Positions 10,901 to 23,139 of a DNA stretch of 64,000 nt are shown here, piece by piece. Each line of letters begins with the position of its first letter. Position 1 is the stretch's first letter. The stretch is taken from the NCBI GenBank assembly GCA_965113315.1, contig OZ220375.1; one strand, 5' to 3'. The notes beneath the pieces are model-generated. The model was not told the DNA's origin. It saw only the letters and a list, made by a program, of their open reading frames with translations, and did not search any database. The position numbers and the translations under genes are program-made. This DNA is from Podarcis vaucheri. Its lineage: Eukaryota.

Positions 10901-13900
10901 CAATATATTCAGATTGAAAAGCTAAATTTATTGTGAATCAGGTGGTAACAGATAAATGTAAGATACCGAAGGAAACAATACAGGGATGTCTGTTATCACC
11001 TTTACTATTTATTCTGGTCTTAGAAGTCCTGGCGAGGAACATTAGGGCTGACAAAAATATTGGAGGAATCCTGGTAGGGAAAAAGGCTTAAAAATTGAAA
11101 GCATATGCTGATGACCTTTTAATTACAGTTGAAGACAATAAGATTTTAGAAAAAATAAAGGAATTTGAGCAAGTTGCAGGCTTCAAACTAAATAAAAATA
11201 AGACTCAGCTGTTGGCTAAAAATTTATCAGAATTAGATAAAAAAGAATTATTCCAGACTATAGAAATAGAGATTTATAAGAAGGTCAAATATTTAGGAAT
11301 TTGGCTTACAACTAAGAATATCAACCTTTATAAAGACAATTATGAAAAGTGTTGGAATGAAATAAAAAGAAATGTAAAAAATATGGGGCAGAATGAATTT
11401 ATCATTATTAGGAAGAATTACAGCTATTAAGATGAACACATTGCCAAAAATGTTGTTTTTGTTCCCGTCAATACCAGTAATAAGTAACATATCATGCTTT
11501 AAAAAATGGCAAAAGGATATCTCAAAATTTACAGTGGTACCTCGCAAGACGAATGCCTCGGAAGACGAAAACCTCGCAAGACGAAAGAGTTTTTCGTTTT
11601 TTGAGTTGCTTCGCAAGATGAATTTCCCTATGGGCTTGCTTCGCAAGACGAAAACGTCTTGCAAGTTTGTTTCCTTTTTCTTAAAACCGCTTGAAGAGGT
11701 GCAGTTGAGACTTGACCGTGCTTCACAAGATGAAAAATTCGCAAGACGAAAAAACTTGCAGAACGAATTAATTTCGTCTTGCGAGGCACCACTGTATATG
11801 GAAAGGGAAGAAACCAAGGATAAAACATAAAATACTTACAGATATTAAAGACAGAGGAGGTTTCTCCCTTCCAGACTTCAAATTATATTATGAAGCTGCT
11901 TATGTTACTTGAATCAGGGATTGGATTAAATTAGAAAACACAGATTTGTTAGATCTGTAAGGACACAATGACAGATTTGGATGGTATGTGTATCTGTGGT
12001 ATAATAAATGGAAAGTACATAAAGCATTCCATAATCATATAATTAGGAGATCACTTTTAAAAGCATGGGGAAAACATAAGGACCTTTTAGAACAAAAGAG
12101 AAGAAGAAACTTTTTATGTATGCTACAACAGTGGCTAGGATATTGCTAGCCCAAAGATGGAAGAGCGACGAAATACCAACTAAAGAACAATGGCAAGAAA
12201 AATTGATGGAATATGCTGAAATGGTGAAGCTAACTGAAAGGCAAAGACAATAGAGACTTTTAAAAAGACTGGGAATCATTTATGAGGTACCGAGAGAAAC
12301 AATGCAAAGAAAGTTTGAGTAAACGCTTACAATTAATAAACAAATATAGAAATTATAAAGATCATGTTAAAATGATAAGAGAATAATATTTGATATAATG
12401 AACTCAATATGAAGATATAATTCAGAAACAGAGGAATTAATATGTAAAAAACCAGAAGAGGAAGTTAAGGGAGGTTGAGGGGAAGAAGAGAAGAAGAGTT
12501 TGGATTTGATATCCCGCCTTTCACTCCCCTTCAGGAGTCTCAAAGTGGCTAACATTCTCCTTTCCCTTCCTCCCCCACAACAAACACTCTGTGAGGTGAG
12601 TGGGGCTGAGAGACTTCAGAGAAGTGTGACTGGCCCAAGGTCACCCAGCAGCTGCATGTGGAGGAGCGGAGACGCGAACCCGGTTCCCCAGATTACGAGA
12701 CTACCGCTCTTAACCACTACACCACACTGGCTCTCAAGGGGAGAGGGATCTGGGGAATTATATTCTTTTGTTATCTGATATGTTGTTATTATTATGATGA
12801 TAAAAAACTCTATATTTTAACAAAGAAAAAAGAAAAAGGATGATGTATCCACAAAAATACACCCTTCTTTCAGCTCACTGAAAAATTCAACCAACCCTAA
12901 ATACTATTGGGTGTACAGAAGTAATAAACCTAGAACAACCATTCCTACCTACCGGTAATATTGTTTAGATAGTATACAAAAATACAGAAATATAAGATAT
13001 TTTAATATGGCAGGTGAAAATTTATGAGACAGTAACAGGTAAAATTCTTTTCAGTCTCAGTAATGGGAGGAATGCAGAATCCCAAAGCCATCATGAAATA
13101 AGATGCTTAACAGCGGTTACTAATAGATGCTTAATAGTGGTTACCGAAGGATGGATTGAGCCAAACTAATGGGAAGAATACAATCCACACACAGTACCTG
13201 CCAAGGCTGCACTTCTGGAAGTTCGAACCTTTTTCTGCTCACCATTGCTCTGTAGTTGGATCGATATGAGTACATGATATGAAGAGCATGGGCCACCACA
13301 TAGACAGCATTATAGATACTGTAGCTGTGGGCAGTCATGCGCATTTCAAAGAGTGGATCAGGAAGGCTCTCCAGAGTCTCTTCCCCAGTGCAGGGTCCAC
13401 TGTATATTAATGAGAAATTGCCATTTGGAAGGTTACAGTCAAATGCTTTCTCCCAGAAGCACGTGAGAAATCCATCTCTCAAGCAACTATTAGGTTTTCT
13501 ACTCTGAAGAAAATCATTGAACCCCAGAGGATCATTTGAGTGAACTGTGAAGCAAATGGCACCATTGAAATATTGAAGGTCCCAAACCCTTTGAAAGTCT
13601 AATAATATGAAATCAATCTCAGATGTCATAATCCACACTTTTCTAATTGATCTAAGTCCAAAACCTTCAGGATCTTGCATGAATATAACAGTTGTCAGCC
13701 ATGCGATTACCACAGTTTCTCCGTACATTAGAAATGTACTGACTGTATTATCAATGAATGGTGCAGACAATCTCCAGTACGTCTTATAAAGTTCAGGAAT
13801 ACTATCTGAATGAAATTCTTCTGGGATTCTCTCTATGAAAGCCGAACAAATTTCATTCTGTCTAAGCAAGATTTCCATGTCATGCAAGAAAGATTCTCCA

Positions 13901-16280
13901 CTGACTCCATCGTCTGCAAAGAGCCCAACCCACGTCCATCCAAAATGTTTAAGCAGTCTGATAATCCCTGTGTACTGAAGAGCTGAGTTGGGAACCATGC
14001 AGTAAAAGGAGCGGGTAAGACTTGTGAGACCTTTCTCTGGAGGAAATGAGCCATAAATGAGCTGGAAGAAATTAAGAAATATTGTAGAACTAGTTTTGGA
14101 TTATTTTTTGTGTATATACAACACATACTCTATGAAGAAATCAATTGATCTTATGAGAGTTGAATCCAAGTTATGGTAATATTAAATTTAACATGCAATA
14201 GCCTGAAGTACACAAGGATACAAGAGAATATTACAAAACAAATGGAAAAACAAATTCAATAGCTGTCAACACAACAAGAAATAACAGTATGAAGATCGCA
14301 CATAGCTGAAGGGAAGTAATGGTTAAAGGAGGAGGGAGGAGTAAGGCAGTAATTGGAAAATTGTAGCGGACAAATATGCAATTTAGGAGGTTAAGAACAA
14401 AGAATTAAAAGAAGAAGATTAAAGTTAAATAGTAAAATGAGAAAATCTGAGAAGAATTTAGTACAAATGAAAACATGAGAGTTATGTTATTCCTTCTATC
14501 TTGGTTTATTTTGGTTGTAAGGTCTTCTGTTGTAAAGGTTTATTTTGGTTGTAAAGTTATCTGTTGTAAAGATTGTACATAAAATCAATAAAATATTGTG
14601 TATATAGGTCTTTTGATACAACAAGAACTCATTGAAGCAATCAATTGATCTTATGAGAGTTGAATCCAAGTTATGGTAATATTATACGCTTTCTATGAGT
14701 TCTCATCCATCAACCTTTTTATATGATTATTAAGGAGCAATCCTGTATTGGAATTACAATCACTTAATGGGATTAGGTTTTCTTGGCACAAGCACCTGCC
14801 TATAACTCTGATTCACTTCAGCAATTTGAATTGTGATTTCCACATGAAGTGCACATCTGCTGGATTAAAATCCATGCCTAATCTTTTGTCATATCCATTC
14901 CATGTTTTGAAACACAAAATTACTTTTAAAATGGCAAGAGTAAAATTTGTGGGGGAGGGAGGGGAAATCCCAAAGCCACATTGGTAGATCTTACCTGTGG
15001 AATCTTGTAGTGGCCTATGATCTCAGACATTTGGAAAGAAGTATCAGAGTCAAATCCCCCAATGATGCTTAGGAGATTTTTTGGGGTGTCACATTTGTAG
15101 TTGGGGACAAACTTAGAGGATTTGAAAAGGAGTTCAAGAGTGCTATGGTAGGTCATCTTTGCATTGTTGTAGCTGTCATAGATATGGAACCCAAGTGTGA
15201 CGTTAGGCAAGATCCTGGGATTCTCATTTATCTCTTTCACAGCAAATGCCAAGGCCAGGATGTGCTGATAGAACTTTGTCACGAAACTGAAAGGAGAGTC
15301 CATTTATAATTTCAGAGGAGAACTCTACAATGCATTAAATGTGCATGCAACAATAGTGGTCATTTCTTCCCCCGTCTCATTTAGATTGTAATAAAATTAT
15401 TTTATTTTATTGTCAGATTTCTCAGGTAATTTAAACCTCCCTCTTCAGCTCAAATATAATTCAGGAAATCTGAGGGCATACTGGTAGTTTTGAAACATCA
15501 CTCGTTTGTCCTTTGAGCTTTCGCAGAAAGCGGAAAGCTTTCATTTTCTGTGTCATGCCAAAATGTGTATAATATTGAGTTTTTGTGCAAAAGGTATCAG
15601 AAATTCTGCAGCAGATGCTGATTAATTCTCATGTGGACTAATAAAAAAAATCAAATTGATGCACAAATGTGGGAAACTAATATTAAGACTCAAGAAGGGA
15701 GAAACATAGAAAATAAGAATTAGACAGATTTGCCAATGCCTAATATGAACCCAACATGAATGTCTGTCTTGAGTTTACAAACATGTAAAATTCAGCACAT
15801 TGCAAAATATTTCCCACTACAACATCTGAGCACTAATATGTATCCATTTCTTTTTTAAAAAAATCATTTTCAAAACTGTTTTTATTTCTTAGACACAGAC
15901 CCACCCAAATCCAAACTTTTATTAATAGCATTTTAAAATCCCTACTCCATGAATTGTGGATCCCCTTGGATTGATTACTCCTATGCAATTCATTGCATTG
16001 TTCTTAGTGAACCATACAAGGCAAGAAGATGTAGACAGGGAAAGGATGCTTACTATGCCGTGTCAAAGTGCTTTGGTGATGGCTGGTTTTCGAAGAAGAA
16101 TGTATAGGGAGAGTAGATGATATGCGAAGCAATCCCACCAATGTGAAGGTCACCTGGCTCATACCATTCCTGTGGAACAGGGAGGTAATGAGTCATTGGG
16201 CATTTCATAGTGTCTGCTTTGCCCACTATGGGAGGCAACAAAAGCAGCATCAGAAAGAACCACAGTATCTTAGGCTTCAT
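7047..16280 (-). CDS. V2R gene B, intact, 880 aa: complement(join(16054..16280,14995..15286,13198..14061,8918..9148,8289..8415,7047..7948))
   Basis: Exon sizes 227/292/864/231/127/902 = 2643 nt, all GT-AG, phases compatible; signal peptide, Venus flytrap, Cys-rich and 7TM domains. Confidence 0.93.
8289..8415 (-). CDS. V2R gene B exon 5 (Cys-rich)
   Basis: gagcag|[43 protein letters not shown]|gtaagt; 127 nt. Confidence 0.93.
8523..8603 (-). pseudogene. Truncated, frameshifted duplicate of exon 5 (D-type) in gene B intron 4
   Basis: Reads ..[24 protein letters not shown] then breaks off; matches D exon 5 nt 35919-36000 with a 1-nt deletion; no donor. Confidence 0.88.
8918..9148 (-). CDS. V2R gene B exon 4
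   Basis: aactag|[20 protein letters not shown]|gtatgg; 231 nt. Confidence 0.93.
9413..9650 (+). mobile_element. tRNA-derived SINE (Squam3-like)
   Basis: A-box gtggtgtagtgg, B-box-like gggttcgcgtctcc, tail atatcaaatccaaactctt; three more near-identical copies in the window. Confidence 0.85.
10180..10405. mobile_element. Truncated Tc1/pogo-like MITE nested in L1
   Basis: TA + CAGTGGTACCTTGG left TIR; right TIR missing. Confidence 0.7.
11532..11794. mobile_element. Tc1/pogo-like MITE nested in L1
   Basis: TIRs CAGTGGTACCTCGCAAGACGAA / TTCGTCTTGCGAGGCACCACTG, TA flanks, internal cgcaagacga subrepeats. Confidence 0.88.
12483..12735 (-). mobile_element. tRNA-derived SINE (Squam3-like) nested in L1 3' UTR
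   Basis: Reverse complement of the 9413-9650 family, with (CTT)n-like tail. Confidence 0.85.
13198..14061 (-). CDS. V2R gene B exon 3 (Venus flytrap domain)
   Basis: ttccag|[41 protein letters not shown]|gtactg; 864 nt. Confidence 0.95.
14186..14596 (+). mobile_element. Probable L1 3'-UTR fragment in gene B intron 2
   Basis: A-rich with ggagggagg tract, ends aatcaataaaata; absent in C; flanked by a long direct duplication (about 14109-14185 and 14597-14684). Confidence 0.55.
14995..15286 (-). CDS. V2R gene B exon 2
   Basis: tttcag|[44 protein letters not shown]|gtaaga; 292 nt. Confidence 0.94.
16054..16280 (-). CDS. V2R gene B exon 1 (signal peptide)
   Basis: [38 protein letters not shown]|gtaagc. 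Confidence 0.9.
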
Positions 16281-16496
16281 TTTAGATCAGGGTATTGTGC
16301 ATAGTGCTGGGTCCTGGCAATGCAGCAGCTATTGAAGCTATTGAACAAGCAAAATTTTGAGAACTGAAGAACTGCAAATGTGTGCCTTGATTAGTAGCTG
16401 AAATTTCCAACACTCTGATATCAAGTGTGGCTGAGCAGATGAAGAAAAGCAGAAACTGTTGGAAAGCAAACTAACAGAAAGTTGCCTGCCTTTGGC

Positions 16497-16657
16497 CCCC
16501 TACTCCCAAGCTCTCAATTTGGCTAAAGTGTATTTATAACCACTTTCAGAATTGCTTCTTAATTTCTTTCTGCTGACTTCTATAAAGCAGTTGGAGTTTT
16601 TACCAGTTGAAGAGATTATAGTCTTCTGGATAATTACAGGGGGAATAATTACTTCTT
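16497..16657 (-). promoter_or_regulatory. Putative proximal promoter module of gene B (TATAAATA at 16538-16531)
   Basis: Block conserved upstream of B, C, D, E and F; TATA about 250 nt before ATG; TAATTA motifs. Confidence 0.5.
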
Positions 16658-16789
16658 GAGAGCCAATTCTTTTGACTGGCACTATTGGAAGCAAACATGT
16701 TGCTTCCCTTCTTGATATCTGACCAAAGCAATTCTCTGTTGTTGTTTTTAGGAGCACAAACAGTGGCAAATTTGTTACAGTAGGGATAT

Positions 16790-16912
16790 GGAGAATGTGG
16801 TTGTGCTCATGATCTCTTTGTGGGCTTGCCAGGGCCATCTGGTTGGGCACTCCTAGAACAGAATGCTAGATGGGATGGTCCTTTGCCTTGATTCTGACCT
16901 TGTCCTTATGTC
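16790..16912 (+). mobile_element. Ancient CR1-like 3' fragment shared upstream of B, C, D and E
   Basis: ccatctggttgggcactc..agaacagaatgctagatgg..ccttgattctg..cttatgt; homologs near 28530-28640, 30560-30670 (rc) and 39420-39535 (rc). Confidence 0.5.
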
Positions 16913-17783
16913 CTTTCTCACTGATGTTTCCTGGGTCCTTTTTCAAGGACAATTACAAAAGTGGGAAGGAGCTATGTGATCATCCTTGCCCATATTGTTC
17001 TGGCCTTAGAGATCCCTGGCACTGTCAATTTTTTCCATGACTCCATCCTCTAGAAGTCCAGGTTCTCTGCTGTTAAGCTAGTATTCTACTCATTAAGTCA
17101 TAGATTGCAGCTCAGAAACGAAGCACTGGGCAGAAGGGGGGGGAGAGATCACAGTGAGGGGAGATATAAACTTGATGCTCCTCAGTTGGTTTAGATATTG
17201 CAGCTCAGTAAGGGGAAATTGTCATTTCTCATCAACTGAGATGTGTGTGTGTGTAGGGTGTCATGCTTAGTAGAGATTAGAAATCCAATGTTTTGCACTG
17301 AATGAAGCCTGAAGATCAGGAGTGAAGCAGCTCACTACGTTTCCACCGTGTGTAGTAAGAAGGGCTTGTGGATTAAGCATATACAATGCTATGTGTCTGG
17401 GTCCCAGAAATTTACTAATTTCTGGAATTAGTAAGGTTGGAATTAATCAAGGTTTGATCACAACTGTGACAAACACTGCTGGATTAAGTTTAGGATAACA
17501 AGTCAGCCCGGTTTGATTTAGCTGGTTGGGATAAGGCACTAAGAAACAAAGGATGAAATTGCCGGTCATTAGCCTATCAACAGATGCCATCAACCATGCA
17601 GGTGACTGCCTAGGACAGAAGAAGAGACCTCTTTGTCTAGATTTAAGATTTCTTGAGGCAAGCAGCCACTGTACAGCTCTGTTGGAGGCAGAGAAAAATG
17701 GTTCAGGTCATATCCTAGCATCTCTCCCAAAATCTCTCTCACACCACCAGGGTCCCTGGGAGATCAGATTTGGGGGCTGTGCC

Positions 17784-18179
17784 TGTTGGGTGATAACACC
17801 AAGGCTGTTGCCTCCCCCCCCCATGCAGTGTCACCTGGAAATCATCACTCCGGTGTCCCGTCATGCTTTTGTGACCCAAATCCAAGGACATGACCACACA
17901 ACTAGCAGAGTCCAGACAAAAGCTGAGCCTTGAGGTGTAACATCTAAACCTAATTTATTGTGCACAAAATCAAATGTAATAGAACAAAGAAAACATGTCT
18001 TCTCCCTCTGTCTTTCTTACTCAGAGAGAGAACTGCAAAAGCAATAGCTGTACAGAACAGAACAGCATTTCTCAATTTCCGCTCACAAGACTCCAACAAT
18101 CAGTGCTGGAATGTAAGCAGACATGTGACATGTAACAATCCCACACATCTGCAGCACGGGAGGAATGGAATTCCCAACA
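17784..18179 (-). mobile_element. Solo LTR
   Basis: TGTTGGG...CCCAACA termini; AATAAA on minus strand near 17955; empty site ggctgtgcacagctttaattt in the paralogous region at ~29535. Confidence 0.8.
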
Positions 18180-18529
18180 GTCCACAGCTTTAATTTAGTG
18201 TCTGTTGAATATCACTATACAATGTGTGCAAGCATTTCAGTCTTTTCATGCCCTTTAATTCTCCATTCACTCTTGCAGATTCTGTTCTAAGGTATGCATT
18301 CTATCAGAGAACATAGGGTCATGTATGTTGGAATGTGGTCACCTTCCATTCATTCTAACAAAGTATTCAAAATGTCAACAATGAAAGAGATACTATAATG
18401 TGGTTGATAGTTGAACGAACATGGTGGAAAAGCTAAGTATGTTGAACCTTATAAATTTTACCAGGACTCCTGTCAAGGATATATTATAGGAAAGCTGCTC
18501 TGTGAGGAGATAATAAGAAGAATAAGAAT

Positions 18530-18985
18530 AAGAATTTCTACCCCGCTCATCTGGTGAGGAGCACATCATCATCATCATCATCATTATTATTTACCCCACT
18601 CATCTGGCTGAGTTTTCCCAGCCACTCTGGGCAGCTCACAACAGAATATTAATAATAAAAAGTGATAAAACATCAAACATGAAAAACTTCCCTAAACAGG
18701 GCTACCTTCAGATGTCTTCTAAAAGTCAGATAGTGTTTGTTTCCTGGGCATCAGGGGGGAGGGCATACCGAGAAGGCCCTCTACCTGGTTCCCTGTAGCT
18801 TCACTTCTTGTAGTAAGGGAACTGCCAGAAGGCCCTCAGAACTGGACCTCAGTACGATGGGGTACAGACGCTCCTTCAGGCTGAGGCTGTTTAGGGCTTT
18901 AAAGGTCAGCACCAACACTTTGAATTGTGCTCAGAAATGTACTGGGAGCCAATGTAGATCTTTCAGGACTGGTGCTATATGATCT
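18530..18985 (-). mobile_element. L2-type LINE 3' fragment
   Basis: Minus strand encodes LHWLPV..QFKVLVLTFKAL; tail with (ATG)n/(AAT)n. Confidence 0.75.
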
Positions 18986-19338
18986 AATTATTCTTACAGG
19001 ACACCACACACTGTCCTTCCAACTAAGCTCAGGGAATCCTTACTCTAGCTTGTGATATATTCTTCAGAGTAGATGTTTCTACCCAGAATCAACTCTCTCT
19101 CCTCTCACTCCCTATCTTCCCTAGCTGACTCCTAACCTATCCTCCCAACCTCAATCCCAACATACTCCAAACCAAACTAAATCCTGTTTCCCCAAATCCT
19201 CTTCTTTTCAACTACCCTTCCTGGAAACCCCAGCCAATCATAAGCTGCCATTTGTTTAACCGTTTACTGGCAAGGGAAAAAAAAAGAAAACACTTGTTGA
19301 ACCAACTTGCCCAGCAAAAACAAACTTTTCCGTCACAC

Positions 19339-21725
19339 CTGAATGCCCCCTGTCCCCACAAAACAGTACTTCTGTCTTGTCAGGATTCCACCTTAATCTG
19401 TTAACTGCCATCCATCCTCCAACTGCCCCCAGACACTCACAGAAGATCTTCACCGCCTTCACTGGTTGTGATTTAAAAGAGAGGTAGATCTGGGTATCAT
19501 CTGCATACTGATGAACACCGGCCCAAAAACCCTGATGATCTCTCCCGGGGGCTTCATATAGATGTTAAAAAGCATGGGGAAGAGGACGGAACCCTGAGGC
19601 ACCCCACAAGTGAGAATCCAAGGGTCTGAACACTCATCCCCCAACACCACTTTTAGACACGTACCAGGAGGAATGAGCGGAACCACTGTATAACAGTGTC
19701 CCCAGTTCCCTGCTCCTCCAGACGGTCCAGAAGGATGTCATGGTCAATGGCATCAAAAGCCACTGAGAGATCCAGTAAAACTAGGAAACAGCTTTCACCT
19801 TTGTCCCGAGCCCACCAGAGATCATCTACCAGTATGACCAAGGTAGTTTCAGTCCCATGATGAGGCCTGAATCCCGACTGAAAGGAATCCAAATGGCCCT
19901 CATCCTCCAGGCATGCCTGGAGTTGTTCAGCAACCCCCTCTTGATCTGTTGATGGACAGCTGCCCTGACTCAGCCCTGAACACACGGACACAATGCTTGG
20001 TAGCTGTGGCTGGATGGCTGCTTGGGAGCTGGTTGAAGTTAAATCCTTCAAAGACAAAGGTCCTCTGGCTGGGTTGGGACGACTTGGGGTTGGGGGGCCA
20101 ACTCCTATCTCTTGCGGGGCTCAGTTAGTGCCAGCGCCTTCTGTCAAGAGTTTGGGTAAAACTTTGATGCCTCCCTTTCTATGGTTGTGCAGGCTGTAGC
20201 CACAGCAAAGGTGGCATTTTTCCATCTCCGCCATATTAAGCAGTTGGTCCCTTACCTTTCTCGCCCTGATCTGGCCACAGTGATCCATGTGACAGTCACC
20301 TCCAGGCTTGATTATTGTAACTCGCTCTATGCGGGGCTGCCCTTGAAGCTGACCCAGAAACTCCAGCAGGTGCAGAATGCCGTGGTGAGGCTCCTTACGG
20401 AGTCCTTGGATCACATTCATCCAGTGCTTTACCATCTGCACTGCCTCCCAGTGGAGTGCAGGGTCAGGTTTAAGGTTCTGGTTTTGACCTTTAAAACCCT
20501 ATGTGACCTAGGACCCTCGTACCTACAGGACCGCCTCTCCTGATATGCCCCGTGGAGGACCTTTAGGTCCATAAATAACACTTTGGAGGTCCCAAGCCTC
20601 AAGGAGGTTAGATTAGTTTCAACTAGGGCCAGGGCCTCTGTCACAAAAGACTAAGGCCCTGTGGGTTTGACATCTTTCCGCAGGGCCTGCAAGATAGAAC
20701 TGTTCCGCCTGGCCTTCGGCTTAGTCTCACTCTGACCCCTTATATGGGATTTGGTATAAAAATTTTCCCTTGGCTTTTTTGCTGGCCCATTTAGGACCAG
20801 CATGGATGGCTCGGGTGAATATCTGATGTTTCCTCCCTTTATGGTCTTGATTTATGGGCTACTACTAAAATGAGGCTGCATTTTAAGCTGTATTTTAAGC
20901 CGTATTTTAATTAACTGTTTGTGTGTTTGTTGTTTGTTTGTTTGTTTGTTTGTTTGTTTTTCCTATTACATATTATTGTAATTCATATTTGGTGTTAGCT
21001 GTCCTGAGCCCAGCCCTGGCTGGGGAGGACAGGATTTAAATAAAAATGTATTATTAATTTATTATTTATTATTAATCACCTTGCCCAAGAATAGAAGATT
21101 TGAGACTGGGCGATAGTTGGCCATATTGACTGGATCAAAAGATGTTTTTTAAAGAAGCGGTTTAAAAACCGCCTCTTTCAGTGGGTCTGGGAAAGCTCCT
21201 TCACAGAGAGAAGCATTCACCACCCCTCAGAGCCCATCACCCAGCCCTTCCCTGCTCGCTTTTATGAGCCAGGATGGGCAAGGATCAAGGAGACAGGTAG
21301 TTGGTTTCACTTGTCCAAGCCGTATGTCCACATCCTTGGAGGTAACAGATTGGAACTGACCCCATGCAAATTGACAAGACAGGACTCTAGCACTCTCCTG
21401 CCCTGGCCCTGCTCCCATTGTGGAGTCTACCTCTTTCTGAATCCGAGCAACTTTATCTGCAAAAAAGTTTGCAAAATCAATGCAGGGAATCTTGGGGTCC
21501 TTAGCAGGCCCTGATGATGAAGGTTAGATTGTGAACCACCTGAAAGAGTCTCCTGCTGCTGTTTTCTGCAGATGCAATAGAGACAGTGAAGAAAGTCCTC
21601 TTTGCTGTTGCTATCACCACTTGGTAGGCTCGATGTTGAGCTCTAACCAGTGTCTGGTCCGATTCAGAATGAGTTTTCCACCACTAGAGCTCTAGTCGTC
21701 TCAACAATTGTTTCATCAGCCTCAG
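19339..21725 (-). mobile_element. L2-type LINE ORF2 fragment split by a nested L2 (pieces ~19339-19944 and ~21076-21725)
   Basis: PTTCLLDPCPSWL..NYRPVSNL..GKVI / EQLQ..QSGFRPHHGTET..LLDLSVAFDAIDH..GVPQGSVL..NPDKTEVL are colinear across the insertion. Confidence 0.85.
19945..21075 (+). mobile_element. L2-type LINE 3' end nested in the opposite-strand L2
   Basis: WLKLNPSKTKVL..TSRLDYCNSLYAGLP..LQQVQNA..FKVLVLTFK; 3' UTR with (TTTG)n and (TTA)n tail. Confidence 0.85.
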
Positions 21726-22237
21726 CTTTAGGGGCTGTATGCAGTTGCAACAAATAGCACATTAACATCCACACAAAGAATAGGTATGGTGAGGAACGTA
21801 TGACTGATCTGCTCCTGAAGATTCGTCAATATTAACTGTTTATTTATCCTATGGCATCCATTTTTGCACACATATTCCCGTGTGTGTGTGTGTGTGTGAA
21901 ATACATTATTTGATCTAATGCAGTTTGTGTACAAAACTGAAAATTAATCAGTGGCAAATCTGCATGAAAAAAATTCAAGAAAGTCACAATTTTGAAAAAT
22001 TAAACGGTGTTTTGTGTAATGTTTCAGGAAGCACAAATTATATTTTTTTTCTATAAATGCAAATTGAATTGAATTTCCTGCGCATCATTAGCTACTTCCA
22101 AATGAATTTAGGCCATCAAATGAAACTAAGCAGGGACGCTACACATTATGTAGAATAATATTACAGAAGGCTTTTGCATCCTAAGCCACTTGCACTCTAC
22201 ACATACAAGAATACAACAGGATACACAGCAAAATCCT

Positions 22238-23139
22238 TCAATTCTTTCTCCTTGTGAGTTGCTCCCTGCTATTCATCTGAGGCCTCAGCATTATAATGTA
22301 GAATTTAGGGGCAAAGATGCAGCCCAATAAGCCAGCACTGGAAGACAGGATGGAGAAGATCTCCACCACCACCATGTACTTCCCTTTGGTGCTCAGATAG
22401 GTTGGAACAAAGGACAACCAAACACTGCAAAACAGCAACATGCTGAATGTAATGAACTTGGCTTCATTAAAAGTATCTGGTAATTTACGGGCTAAGAATG
22501 CCACAATGAAGCTGGCTGTAGCCAAGAGGCCCAAGTAGCCCAGGACAGTGTAAAACATTGCAACGCAGCCTTCATTACATTGCACAATGATTTCCTCTGC
22601 TACAGAGTTCATGTCTAAATCAGGGAATGAGGGAGCAGTGGTCAGCCATACAATACAAACACTTGCTTGGATAACAGTGCAGGAAAGGACAATGGAGTTG
22701 CTTAGTTTTTTCCCCACCCACTTCCTCATCTTGGACCCTGGTTTGGTAGCCATGAAAGCTACAACCACTGTGATGGTTTTCGCCAACACACAAGAAACAG
22801 CCATTGAGAAGACAATGCCAAAAGTTGGTTGTCGGAGGAGGCAGGTCACTGTGTTAGGTCTTCCAAGAAACAGCAACGTAGAGAGGAAGGAGAGCAGGAG
22901 GGAGATGAGCAGCGTGTACGTGAGGTCCCGGTTGTTGGCTTTGACTATGGGAGTATCTCTGTGCCAAATAAAAATTCCCAACACCCCGGCTGAGATCAGG
23001 GAAAAGGAAAGAGCAATCACGGCTGAACTTATCCCTAAAAGCTCTTGGTAAGATAGAAAGGTTATTGTCTTAGGTATGCATTCACTTCTGTCTTTGCTTG
23101 TATGCTCTTCCTCTGGGCATCTGAAACAGTCATCAATAT
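22238..23139 (-). CDS. V2R gene C exon 6 (7TM)
   Basis: tttcag|AT; 902 nt open to TGA. Confidence 0.95.

Larger units (their letters stand above)
9379..12829 (+). mobile_element. 5'-truncated, decayed L1 LINE (ORF2 with RT) in gene B intron 3, antisense to host, with four nested insertions
   Basis: Fragments [57 protein letters not shown]; many stops and frameshifts; A-rich tail ~12820-12838; absent from paralog C. Confidence 0.9.

Noticed and set aside
11393-11830. 145-aa and 174-aa ORFs with repeats
   Set aside because: L1 ORF2 remnant read through a stop-poor MITE.
12500-12778. Recurrent ORF ..[18 protein letters not shown].. (also 32634, 38049)
   Set aside because: Antisense translation of SINE copies.
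18990-19338. CT-rich segment ending GTCACA, possible LTR fragment
   Set aside because: Only one terminus and no TSD; not supportable.
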